Made by a program: the position numbers and the translations under genes. The notes beneath the pieces are model-generated. The model saw nothing but the letters and a program-made list of their open reading frames with translations, searched no databases and had not been told where the DNA came from. A stretch of 32,460 nucleotides of DNA from a candidate division WOR-3 bacterium (lineage in GTDB: Bacteria > Hydrothermota > Tepidihabitantia > Tepidihabitantales > Tepidihabitantaceae): positions 1 to 32,460 of the forward strand of contig JBDRUJ010000003.1 of the NCBI GenBank assembly GCA_039801285.1. Reading direction: 5' to 3'. Positions 14,979-22,752 of the stretch are shown here, one piece after another. Each line of letters begins with the position of its first letter. Position 1 is the first letter of the stretch.

Positions 14979-15116
14979 ATAGAGCGCATCCTTTCTGTCA
15001 TTCCCGCGCAGGCGGGAATCTATTCTTGGATTCCCCAGCTTTCGCGGAGGCGGAGCCTGTTGGAGTGGACCCCTGCGAAGGCAGGGGCAGGAATGGACGA
15101 AAGGAGCCGAAGTGAA
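14959..15116. repeat. REP/MITE-like palindromic insertion with flanking 21-bp direct duplication at the rnfD/rnfG junction
   Basis: GACGAAAGGAGCCGAGATGAA (14959-14979) and GACGAAAGGAGCCGAAGTGAA (15096-15116) are 19/21 identical. Two perfect hairpins lie between them: ATTCCCGC-GCAG-GCGGGAAT (15000-15019) and CCCCTGC-GAAG-GCAGGGG (15070-15087). A related TGTCATTMCCGC....GCGGGAAT copy sits at 23953-23979 in reverse orientation. Confidence 0.75.
14975..15115 (+). CDS. element-spanning 46-codon mini-ORF (coding status uncertain)
   Basis: ATG 14975 overlaps the rnfD stop as ATGA. TGA 15113-15115 overlaps the rnfG GTG as GTGA. Translation: MNRAHPFCHSRAGGNLFLDSPAFAEAEPVGVDPCEGRGRNGRKEPK. It is below the 60-aa cutoff of the ORF track. 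Confidence 0.2.
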   Translation: MNRAHPFCHSRAGGNLFLDSPAFAEAEPVGVDPCEGRGRNGRKEPK

Positions 15117-15657
15117 AGAGAGCCGCTGGTGGATGGTTCTGTCGCTGGTTGTCACCTGTCTCATCTCAGCCTGTGCCCTTTCCCAGGTCTATAACCTGAC
15201 CCGGCCGAGGATTGAATATCAGCGGAATGTTGAGGGTCTGCGTCTGGCGTTCAACGCGGTCCTGCCTGAGGCCGACCGGTTTGAGCCGGTCCTTCCGGAC
15301 TCTTCGGTCTGGCACGCCTTTTCCGGAGACCGGCGCATCGGCAGCGTGCTCCGGGTTGCCAAACGGGGCTATGCTGGCCCGGTGCCGGTTACTGCCGGAA
15401 TTGACCTTGAGGGCCGGATTGTCGCCATCCGCATCGCCTCACCGGCCGAAGGACTGAAGGAGACTCCAGGGCTGGGGCTCAAGGCCCTTGAGGAGTCGTT
15501 CCGCAGCCAGTTCCAGGGGAAAAGCGCCCCGGAAATCCGGCTCACCAGGGACGGCGGGACAATCGAGGCAATCACCGGAGCAACCATCACCTCCCGCGCG
15601 GTGACCGATGCCCTCCGGGAAGGAATGGAACGTTATCAGGAGCTGCTCAAGCCATGA
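15112..15657 (+). CDS. rnfG: Rnf complex subunit G (FMN-binding)
   Basis: GTG start after AAAGGAG. N-terminal TM anchor WWMVLSLVVTCLISACAL. FMN-attachment motif ITGATITSRAV. Confidence 0.92.
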   Translation: MKESRWWMVLSLVVTCLISACALSQVYNLTRPRIEYQRNVEGLRLAFNAVLPEADRFEPVLPDSSVWHAFSGDRRIGSVLRVAKRGYAGPVPVTAGIDLEGRIVAIRIASPAEGLKETPGLGLKALEESFRSQFQGKSAPEIRLTRDGGTIEAITGATITSRAVTDALREGMERYQELLKP

Positions 15658-16277
15658 ACCAGAAAACGTCGCGGTTCAGTTACTTCACATCGGGCATCAT
15701 CAAGGAGAATCCGACACTGATTCTGATGATTGGTCTCTGTCCGACACTCGCCACAACCATCTCGGCCCGTGATGCCTTGGGCATGGCCGTGGCCGCCTCA
15801 TTTGTTCTTATCTGTTCCAATGTCGTGGTCTCGGCGGTGCGCCGGCTCGTGCCCGATTCGGTCCGGATTCCCATCTTCATTATCATCATCTCAACCTTTG
15901 TCACCCTGATAGACTATGTCATGCAGGCCTATCAGCCCGGGCTCTACCGGGTCCTCGGTGTGTTCGTTCCGCTGATAGTCGTGAACTGCATCATCCTGGG
16001 CCGGGCCGAGGCATTTGCCTATCACCACGGAATCTGGGATTCGTTGCTCGACGGCCTGGGCAAATCGGCCGGCTTCACCCTGGTCCTGTTTATCATGGGC
16101 TCAATCCGCGAGCTGGTCGGCTCCGGAACCTTTTTCGGCCGGCCGGTTCTGCCTCCTGCCTATCGGAGCGCGCCGATGCTCTTTGCCCTGTTTCCGCCCG
16201 GTGCCTTCCTCCTTATCGGCCTGCTCAAGGCGCTGGTCAACAAGACACGGCTCGGCGGCGCCGGGAGGACCTCATGA
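15654..16277 (+). CDS. rnfE: Rnf complex subunit E
   Basis: ATGA overlap with rnfG. Typical RnfE/NqrD sequence NPTLILMIGLCPTLA and about six TM helices. Confidence 0.93.
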   Translation: MNQKTSRFSYFTSGIIKENPTLILMIGLCPTLATTISARDALGMAVAASFVLICSNVVVSAVRRLVPDSVRIPIFIIIISTFVTLIDYVMQAYQPGLYRVLGVFVPLIVVNCIILGRAEAFAYHHGIWDSLLDGLGKSAGFTLVLFIMGSIRELVGSGTFFGRPVLPPAYRSAPMLFALFPPGAFLLIGLLKALVNKTRLGGAGRTS

Positions 16278-16855
16278 ACCCGGCCCGCATCTTCTTCGGT
16301 GCATTTCTGGTGAACAACATCCTCCTCATGCGTTTCATCGGCCTCTGTCCGTTCTTCGGGGTCTCCACATCGGTCAACACCTCGGTCGGCATGAGTGCGG
16401 CAGTCCTCTTCGTCATGCTCCTTGCCGCCTGGGTAACCTGGCTTCTCTACCATGCGCTGCTATTGCCCCTGGGCCTGGTATTCCTGCGCACCGCCGTCTT
16501 CATCCTGGTGATTGCCACCCTGGTCCAGTTCGTGGAGATGTTTCTGAAGAAGTACGTCCGGGCGCTCTATTCGGCAATGGGCATCTATCTTCCCCTGATT
16601 ACCACCAACTGCGCCATCTTGGCCGTCACCTTTCTGAACATTGACTACCGCTTCAATCTGCTTCAGGCAACCATCTTTGCCCTGGGCACAGCCTGCGGTT
16701 TTGCCCTGGTGATTGTCCTGTTTGCCGCAATCCGGGAGCGGCTTGAAGATGCGCCGATTGCCCAATCGCTCAGGGGCTATCCGATTGCCTTTGTCGGTGC
16801 GGCACTGGTCTCACTGGCCTTCATGGGCTTCACCGCCCTGTTCGGGATTTCCTGA
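16274..16855 (+). CDS. rnfA: Rnf complex subunit A
   Basis: ATGA overlap with rnfE. RnfA/NqrE-like sequence NNILLMRFIGLCPFFGVS...LPLITTNCAILAV and six TM helices. Confidence 0.93.
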   Translation: MNPARIFFGAFLVNNILLMRFIGLCPFFGVSTSVNTSVGMSAAVLFVMLLAAWVTWLLYHALLLPLGLVFLRTAVFILVIATLVQFVEMFLKKYVRALYSAMGIYLPLITTNCAILAVTFLNIDYRFNLLQATIFALGTACGFALVIVLFAAIRERLEDAPIAQSLRGYPIAFVGAALVSLAFMGFTALFGIS

Positions 16856-16856
16856 T

Positions 16857-17711
16857 ATGGACTGGCTGCTGGTTGCAAAGTCACTGCTGATGCTCGGCGG
16901 GCTCGGACTGCTCCTGGCCCTTATTCTGCTGCTCGCTTCACTCAAACTCACCGTCAAGCTTGACGAAAAGGAAATCGCAGTCCGGGCCGTGCTGCCCGGA
17001 GCCAACTGCGGGGCCTGCGGCTATCCGGGCTGCGACGGCTATGCAGCGGCGGTTGCCTCGGGTAAGGCGCCTTTGAACGCCTGCACCGTTGGCGGCCCGG
17101 CTGTTGCCGCAAGGCTCGGGGAAATCATGGGGCAGGAGGTCCGGGCGGCTGAGCCGCAGCTTGCGGTCCTCATCTGTCGCGGGGGCAGGGCTGAGGCCGG
17201 CCAGCGCTTCCAGTACCGGGGTGCCAGCGACTGCCGTCAGGCAGCCCTGCTCCTCGGCGGGCCCAAGGCCTGCATCTATGGCTGTGTTGGTCTCGGCCAT
17301 TGTGTCAAGGTCTGTCCGGTTGGGGCAATCACAATGGGTGAGAACGGCCTGCCGGTGATTGATGAGGCGAAGTGCATCGGCTGCGGCAAATGCGTCAGGG
17401 AGTGTCCCAAGGGGACATTGCGGCTGATTCCCCGCAAGAAGTCCGTCTATCTCGCCTGCGTCTCCCTTGACCGGGGGAAGGCGGTCCGGGATGTCTGCCG
17501 GGTCGGCTGCATCGGCTGCGGGGTCTGTGTCAAGGTCTGCCCGACCGGTGCCCTCAGGATGGAGCGGAACCTGCCGGTCATGGACTTTGCCAGGTGCAAT
17601 GACTGCGGCATCTGCGTCCAGAAGTGTCCAACCAAATCGTTTGTTGACCGCGCCCCGTCCCGAGTGAAGGCGGAATCGGAGCCGAGCGGTAACAATCGGC
17701 AGCTCGGGTGA
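16857..17711 (+). CDS. rnfB: Rnf complex subunit B (polyferredoxin)
   Basis: The ORF track starts at 16713, inside rnfA. ATG 16857 is preferred: it lies 1 nt after the rnfA stop and gives the canonical N-terminus MDWLLVAKSLLMLGGLGLL... followed by LPGANCGACGYPGCDGYA. Four ferredoxin-type motifs: CIYGCVGLGHCVKVCP, CIGCGKCVRECP, CIGCGVCVKVCP, CNDCGICVQKCP. Confidence 0.92.
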   Translation: MDWLLVAKSLLMLGGLGLLLALILLLASLKLTVKLDEKEIAVRAVLPGANCGACGYPGCDGYAAAVASGKAPLNACTVGGPAVAARLGEIMGQEVRAAEPQLAVLICRGGRAEAGQRFQYRGASDCRQAALLLGGPKACIYGCVGLGHCVKVCPVGAITMGENGLPVIDEAKCIGCGKCVRECPKGTLRLIPRKKSVYLACVSLDRGKAVRDVCRVGCIGCGVCVKVCPTGALRMERNLPVMDFARCNDCGICVQKCPTKSFVDRAPSRVKAESEPSGNNRQLG

Positions 17712-17728
17712 GCTGACAACCGATTGAA

Positions 17729-17753
17729 GTCCGACCTGTCCGACTCGTCCGAC
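17729..17753. repeat. three direct GTCCGAC repeats at 9-bp phasing, upstream of a promoter
   Basis: GTCCGAC occurs at 17729, 17738 and 17747 (GTCCGACCT GTCCGACTC GTCCGAC). The tract ends 13 nt upstream of the -35 at 17767. Confidence 0.6.
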
Positions 17754-17766
17754 ACTTTTACACCAC

Positions 17767-17795
17767 TTGCAGCAGTGAATGGTAGCGGTTACTAT
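17767..17795 (+). promoter_or_regulatory. sigma70-type promoter abutting a GTG start (leaderless GTG predicted)
   Basis: TTGCAG (17767-17772), 17-nt spacer, TACTAT (17790-17795). Five nt (TAGTC) precede GTG 17801. Confidence 0.45.
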
Positions 17796-17800
17796 TAGTC

Positions 17801-20800
17801 GTGGTCCCTGTCGGCTCCCGTGAAGCGAGGCCTGGTGGCCTCTGTCGCAGCCGGCTCCGCTGGCTGACTGTTCAGCTATTGATAAACGATGCCCTTGCTC
17901 TCCTTCTGATAGCAATAGCCACTTGTGCGGTCGGGGTTATTCTCGTGGCACTTCTGTTCTGGAGCGGCTGGGTCTTGATGGTATTACTTCTGCCCTGGGC
18001 CGGCCTGGCCTGGCGCTGGTTCAAGGGAGTCGGCCTTCGGTCAGTCGCAAAGGGGGTTGAAAAGCATTTTCCTGAAGTTCGGGGCAGACTGGTTGCGGCA
18101 CTGGAGCTGAGTCAATACCAAGCCGGTGGTCGTGAGGGTTATTCGCTGGAGCTGGTGAAGGCGGCGGTCCGTGAGACCGAGACTGTTCTGGTCAGTCTGC
18201 CGCTGAAGCGGCTGGTCAGACGAAGGCGACTCATATGGGCCGGGGTCGGGACACTTGCCGGACTGCTGCTCTTGGTAGGGCTCTGGCTGGCACTGCCATC
18301 AAGGATGCGGCCCGGGCTTGTCAATGCCTTCAACCCATCAGGACTGGAGATTGAGTTCCGGGTGGCCCCGGGCGATACTGCAGTGCTGCCCGGGGGGCAG
18401 GTGACACTGCGCTGCCAGGTGCGGCCGGCAGACATTTCCCGGTCGGTCAGGCTGGTGTTGCGGGATAACTCGGGACGCCGGATTCATTTCCGACGCCTGA
18501 ACCTCAAGCCCACAGACCGGAATGCGGAATGCGGAATGCGGATGGCGGATGGCGGATGGCAGGAGGCGTGGGCCCTTGCCGAGGTTACCGTTCCTGCCGG
18601 AGAGGGGTTTTCCTACCGGTTCCGACTCCTCTCCCGTGCTTCTGAGGAATTCCGGGTCAGTGTGCTGGAGCCTTTGGTCCTGAAGCGGCTGTCGTTCACC
18701 TACCGCTATCCCGATTATTCGGGTCTGGCCGAATTCCGTTCAACCAGCACCGAGATTACCGCCCTGAAGGGGACGGTGATTGAGTTTGAGGGCGCAGTTC
18801 AGAGGCCGGTCAGTGCCGGAAGGTTTATCATCGGTTCCGAGACCACCGGTTTGGCGATTGACCCAAGGGATTCGGCACACTTCTCCGGCAGCTTCCAAGT
18901 CCTGACCGAGGGCATGGGCCGGCTCGAGCTTGTTGAGAAGGAAAGTCCCCAGCCCGTTGCTACAGTCCGAGTCAGGGCGGTTCAAGATGAGGCGCCGTTC
19001 GTGAAGCTCTTTCTGCCGGGCCGGGATGTTGACCTGCCGATGAGCATGAGGATTCTGCTGGGTATCAACAGCCTGGACGATTACGGGCTGACCGGGCTCT
19101 GGCTTCATTATGGCAAGGAGAGCCTTGACCACCGGCTGCTGGTCAAGCGGCTTGGAGGCCGGCGCGAGGACACCACCCTCTTCACCTGGGACCTTTCTCA
19201 GTCCGGGCTGCTGCCCGGAGAGGTGCTGCACTACTGCGTGACGGTTACCGACAACGACCCGTTTTCCGGGCCCAAGACCGGCCGGTCCGAAATCTATGCG
19301 GTGCGCTTTCCCACAATGGCCGAGATCTACGATGCCGCAGTTCACCAGACCGAGAGGACGGCAAGCGAACTCGGACCGCTCGGCGCCCGGCAGGAGGAAA
19401 TCTCCCGAGAGCTGACCCGGGTGACCGAGGAGCTGAAGCGAACCCGGGAGCTCTCCTGGGAGGAGCGGAAGGCTCTGGAACAGGTGATGGAGAAACAGGA
19501 AGAGTTGATGGAGCAGCTGGAGGGGCTGAAGCAGCAGATTGCCCGGGCGGAGCAGGAGCTGCTTGACAACCTGACACTGGACCGGGAGACCCTGGAGCGG
19601 CTCGGCCAGCTCCAGGAGCTAGTCCGGCAACTCTTGCCCAAGGAGTTGCAGGAGGCGCTTGCCGAGCTGCGCCAGAAACTTACGGAGAGCTCGCCCCAGC
19701 TCGCCGAGGCGCTCAGCCGGCTGAGTCTGGAGCAGGAGCGGCTCAGGGCGGGGATTGAACGGGCGCTGGAGCTGCTCAAGCGGGTCATGGAGGAGCAGCG
19801 GCTGGAGGCGCTGGCGCGTAAGGCTCAGGAGCTTGCCGAGGCTCAGAAGAAACTGACCGAGATGATTCCCAAAGCACCGGCCGAGGAGCTGGCACGACGC
19901 CAGGCCGACATCAATGCCGGTCTGGACAGTCTGGAGCGGGCGGTTGCCGAGCTTGCCCAGGAGCTCTCGGAGCCGGAGATTGCCGAATCGCTTGCCGGCA
20001 TCGCCGACAGTCTGAGACGGTCCGAGGCTCTGGAGATTGCTGAAGGGCTGAAAAGCCAGTTGCAGCAGGGGAGCAAGGCAAACGCCCGGGAACAGAGCGG
20101 CAGGCTGGCACAGGGTTTGAGCCGGCTCGGGGAGGGGCTGAAGTCGCTGAGCGAGCGGCTCAAGAAGAAACGTTCCGGTGAGATTGCCCTCAGGCTGGCG
20201 GCACTGACCGATGATATTCTGATGGTTTCCAACGAAGAGGAGAACCTGGAGACGGAACTGAGAGGCGGTGCGGAGAGCGGAACCTTTGCTCCCAGGCAGA
20301 TGGGGCTCTACGAGGCGACGCGACTGGCGGCCGAGAGTCTGGCCGGACTGGCGGCCCAGACGATGGTGGTGCCACCCGAGCTGGGACAGCTTCTCGCCCA
20401 GGTAATGGAGAGCATGGCGCAGGCGGCGCAGAGGATGGTTGACAATCAGGCCTATGCCAGCCGCAATGAGATGGCCAATGCCCGCCAGGGATTGAACAGT
20501 GCGGCCCGGACATTGCTGAACATTCTGGCCCAGATGCAGAAGGGCGGCGGGCTCTCAGGTGGCTGGGAGAGCCTGATGGAGCAGCTTTCGCGCATGACCG
20601 CGGAGCAGATGGCGATAAATGCCGGGATGAGCGGAATTCCGATTCCCATTCCGGTTTCCGGGCTGAGTCAAGCGCAGCTTGAGCAACTGGCACGGCTGCT
20701 TGGGGAGCAGCAGGCGCTGCGTCAGGCACTGGAGCGGATGCTGCAGGAACTGGGTGGAGAGCGTCCCGGACTGACTTCGAGCCTTGAGGCGCTTGTTGAG

Positions 20801-21112
20801 GAGATGAAGGCGGTGGAGCGGGACCTGGCAGAGCTGAATGTTGACCGCCGACTGATTGAACGGCAGGAGAACATCCTCTCCCATCTTCTGGATGCCCAGC
20901 GCAGCCTGCGCCAGCAGGGGTTCAAGGAGGAGCGGGAGAGCGAGGTGGGAAAGCCGTTTGAAATTCGCGCCCGACCCGAGTTGCCAATGGACCGGGGGGA
21001 GCGGAACCGGCTCCTGCGTGAGGAGCTGATACGGGCATTGAAACAGGGTTATCCACAGGAATATGAGCAGATGATTCGCGACTACTTCGAAAGGCTGCTG
21101 AACCGGCCATGA
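17801..21112 (+). CDS. DUF4175-like membrane-anchored coiled-coil protein
   Basis: 1103 aa. Two N-terminal TM helices (ALALLLIAIATCAVGVILVALLF, WVLMVLLLPWAGLAW). Family-like segments from memory: EKHFPEVRGRLVAALEL, VRAVQDEAPFVKL..., DDYGLTGL. About 500 aa of E/L/R-rich heptad coiled coil. C-terminal ...YPQEYEQMIRDYFERL. The start codon is uncertain. Confidence 0.8.
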   Translation: MVPVGSREARPGGLCRSRLRWLTVQLLINDALALLLIAIATCAVGVILVALLFWSGWVLMVLLLPWAGLAWRWFKGVGLRSVAKGVEKHFPEVRGRLVAALELSQYQAGGREGYSLELVKAAVRETETVLVSLPLKRLVRRRRLIWAGVGTLAGLLLLVGLWLALPSRMRPGLVNAFNPSGLEIEFRVAPGDTAVLPGGQVTLRCQVRPADISRSVRLVLRDNSGRRIHFRRLNLKPTDRNAECGMRMADGGWQEAWALAEVTVPAGEGFSYRFRLLSRASEEFRVSVLEPLVLKRLSFTYRYPDYSGLAEFRSTSTEITALKGTVIEFEGAVQRPVSAGRFIIGSETTGLAIDPRDSAHFSGSFQVLTEGMGRLELVEKESPQPVATVRVRAVQDEAPFVKLFLPGRDVDLPMSMRILLGINSLDDYGLTGLWLHYGKESLDHRLLVKRLGGRREDTTLFTWDLSQSGLLPGEVLHYCVTVTDNDPFSGPKTGRSEIYAVRFPTMAEIYDAAVHQTERTASELGPLGARQEEISRELTRVTEELKRTRELSWEERKALEQVMEKQEELMEQLEGLKQQIARAEQELLDNLTLDRETLERLGQLQELVRQLLPKELQEALAELRQKLTESSPQLAEALSRLSLEQERLRAGIERALELLKRVMEEQRLEALARKAQELAEAQKKLTEMIPKAPAEELARRQADINAGLDSLERAVAELAQELSEPEIAESLAGIADSLRRSEALEIAEGLKSQLQQGSKANAREQSGRLAQGLSRLGEGLKSLSERLKKKRSGEIALRLAALTDDILMVSNEEENLETELRGGAESGTFAPRQMGLYEATRLAAESLAGLAAQTMVVPPELGQLLAQVMESMAQAAQRMVDNQAYASRNEMANARQGLNSAARTLLNILAQMQKGGGLSGGWESLMEQLSRMTAEQMAINAGMSGIPIPIPVSGLSQAQLEQLARLLGEQQALRQALERMLQELGGERPGLTSSLEALVEEMKAVERDLAELNVDRRLIERQENILSHLLDAQRSLRQQGFKEERESEVGKPFEIRARPELPMDRGERNRLLREELIRALKQGYPQEYEQMIRDYFERLLNRP
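18518..18559. repeat. heptanucleotide tandem repeat inside a CDS: (CGGAATG)x3 (CGGATGG)x3
   Basis: Read directly: CGGAATG at 18518, 18525 and 18532; CGGATGG at 18539, 18546 and 18553. The 42 nt equal 14 codons and encode RNAECGMRMADGGW. Confidence 0.9.
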
Positions 21113-22752
21113 GATTAGCAATTCTCATTCTGGTGATTGCCGGTCTGCCGGTTTTTGCTCAGACCACCCGCTCGGGCCTACTGCTTGAGCAGGCAGGACA
21201 ACTGGAGCGTGCCCTGAAGGAGTTCCGGGATGTGCTGGAGAAAAACCCGGACGACCTCAACGCCTATCAGGGGCTTCTGCGGGTTGCCGCCAGGCTGGGC
21301 CGGTATGACACACTAGTGGCGGTCAGCCAGCGGCTCAGCGGGCGGAATCCCGATAAGCCCGATTTTGCCCTCGGACTGATTGAGGGTCTGTTCGGCTCAC
21401 AGCGCAACAACGCAGCGGTTGCCGAATCCCGGGCTGTGATGCGGCGCTGGCCGGAACGGGTGCTGCAGCTCGCCGGGGTGCTGAAGAAATGGCGGGAGTT
21501 CGGCACCGCCATTGAACTTTTGTCCGGTCGGCGCTCAGAGCTCAGCCCGAACGACCCGTCGCTCAGCACCATCGCTGCCGAGCTGGTGGAGCTTTATGGT
21601 TTGAACAGCCAGCCGGTCCTCGCAGCGAAGGAGATTGTCGGAATAGTCAATCAATGGCCCGGGATGGCCGAAGGTTATATCGGCCGACTGGGACTCCTGG
21701 CGACCCGAAGCAACGGCCAGCAGCTGCTCAGTGAACTGTCAAAGATTGGCAATGTCCGGTTACGGGCAAAGGCCCAGGCAACGGTCTATATTGCCCTGAA
21801 CCGGGAAAGAGAGGCGGTTCAGGTGATGAGGGATGTTGCCAGCGACCAGGAGCTTTATCAGTTTGCTCATGAGTGTGAGGCTCAGGGAGCGCTGACCGCG
21901 GCACTGCTGATATATCAGGAGCAGAAGGCTCATGCCGACCAGGCACGCATCCTCCGCCGGCTCGGCAGGCTCCAGGAGGCGCTGGCGATTCTTGCCCTTG
22001 ACCAGGGAACAGGGGCGATGATGGAGCTTGGTGACCTGCGCCGGGAGGCGCTCCGCGACTACCAGGGCGCGGCCGAGGCCTATCGGAAGGTTCTGAAGCA
22101 GCGGCCCGGGTATGAACCGGCGCTGTTCGGACTGGCAAGCGCCCAGCTCGGGCTTGGTGACCTCACCGGTGCCCGGACAACCTTGGCTCAGCTCAGCCAG
22201 CCCACCGACCGCTCAATCCTGCTTGAGGCGAAGCTCGCCTTCTATCAGGAAAGGTTCGACTCAGTTCCGGTCATAGTCCAAAAGCTGGCAACCCAGTTTC
22301 CTAAAAGTCCTCTGGTGAATGACGGTCTGGAGCTGGCACTGCTCACCCAGAGCAGCGGCGACCTTGCCGGTCTGGCAAAGGCGCTTCTGGACTATGAGGC
22401 GGACAATCACGAAAGGGGCAAGGCCCGTGCCCGTGCTTTGGCAAAGGGGAAGGACGAGATTGCGGCCAGGGCAGCCCTGCTCCTTGCCCAGTTTTTGAGA
22501 AGGGAAGGCAGGCCCAAAGAGGCGGTTGCCGAGCTTGATACTCTATTGGGCCGGTTCCCAAAAAGCCGGTTCCGGGCAAGGGCGATGCTGGAGCAGGCCC
22601 GCATCTTCTATGACGACCTCAGGGATGAGGGGCGGTTCCGAGAGAAACTTGAAGAGCTGATTCTTGCCTTTCCCGGCTCACCCTATGCTCCCCTGGCCCG
22701 CAGCATTCTGGCAACAACGAAGGTTTCAGTCGAGCCGGGCGGTATCCATTAG
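21109..22752 (+). CDS. secreted tetratricopeptide-repeat (TPR) protein
   Basis: ATGA overlap with the upstream gene. Signal peptide MRLAILILVIAGLPVFAQ. All-helical, A/L/R/E-rich sequence with TPR-like periodicity (e.g. AYQGLLRVAARLGRYD, ALFGLASAQLGLGDLTGA). Confidence 0.8.
   Translation: MRLAILILVIAGLPVFAQTTRSGLLLEQAGQLERALKEFRDVLEKNPDDLNAYQGLLRVAARLGRYDTLVAVSQRLSGRNPDKPDFALGLIEGLFGSQRNNAAVAESRAVMRRWPERVLQLAGVLKKWREFGTAIELLSGRRSELSPNDPSLSTIAAELVELYGLNSQPVLAAKEIVGIVNQWPGMAEGYIGRLGLLATRSNGQQLLSELSKIGNVRLRAKAQATVYIALNREREAVQVMRDVASDQELYQFAHECEAQGALTAALLIYQEQKAHADQARILRRLGRLQEALAILALDQGTGAMMELGDLRREALRDYQGAAEAYRKVLKQRPGYEPALFGLASAQLGLGDLTGARTTLAQLSQPTDRSILLEAKLAFYQERFDSVPVIVQKLATQFPKSPLVNDGLELALLTQSSGDLAGLAKALLDYEADNHERGKARARALAKGKDEIAARAALLLAQFLRREGRPKEAVAELDTLLGRFPKSRFRARAMLEQARIFYDDLRDEGRFREKLEELILAFPGSPYAPLARSILATTKVSVEPGGIH

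Noticed and set aside
16713-16856. N-terminal extensions suggested by the ORF track: rnfB from 16713, nadC to 27624, Kelch gene from 5693, FG-GAP gene from 65, 30794, 31382, 29520.
   Set aside because: The extensions overlap the upstream gene or contain the predicted promoter. Internal starts give canonical N-termini or signal peptides with a proper RBS or gene coupling.
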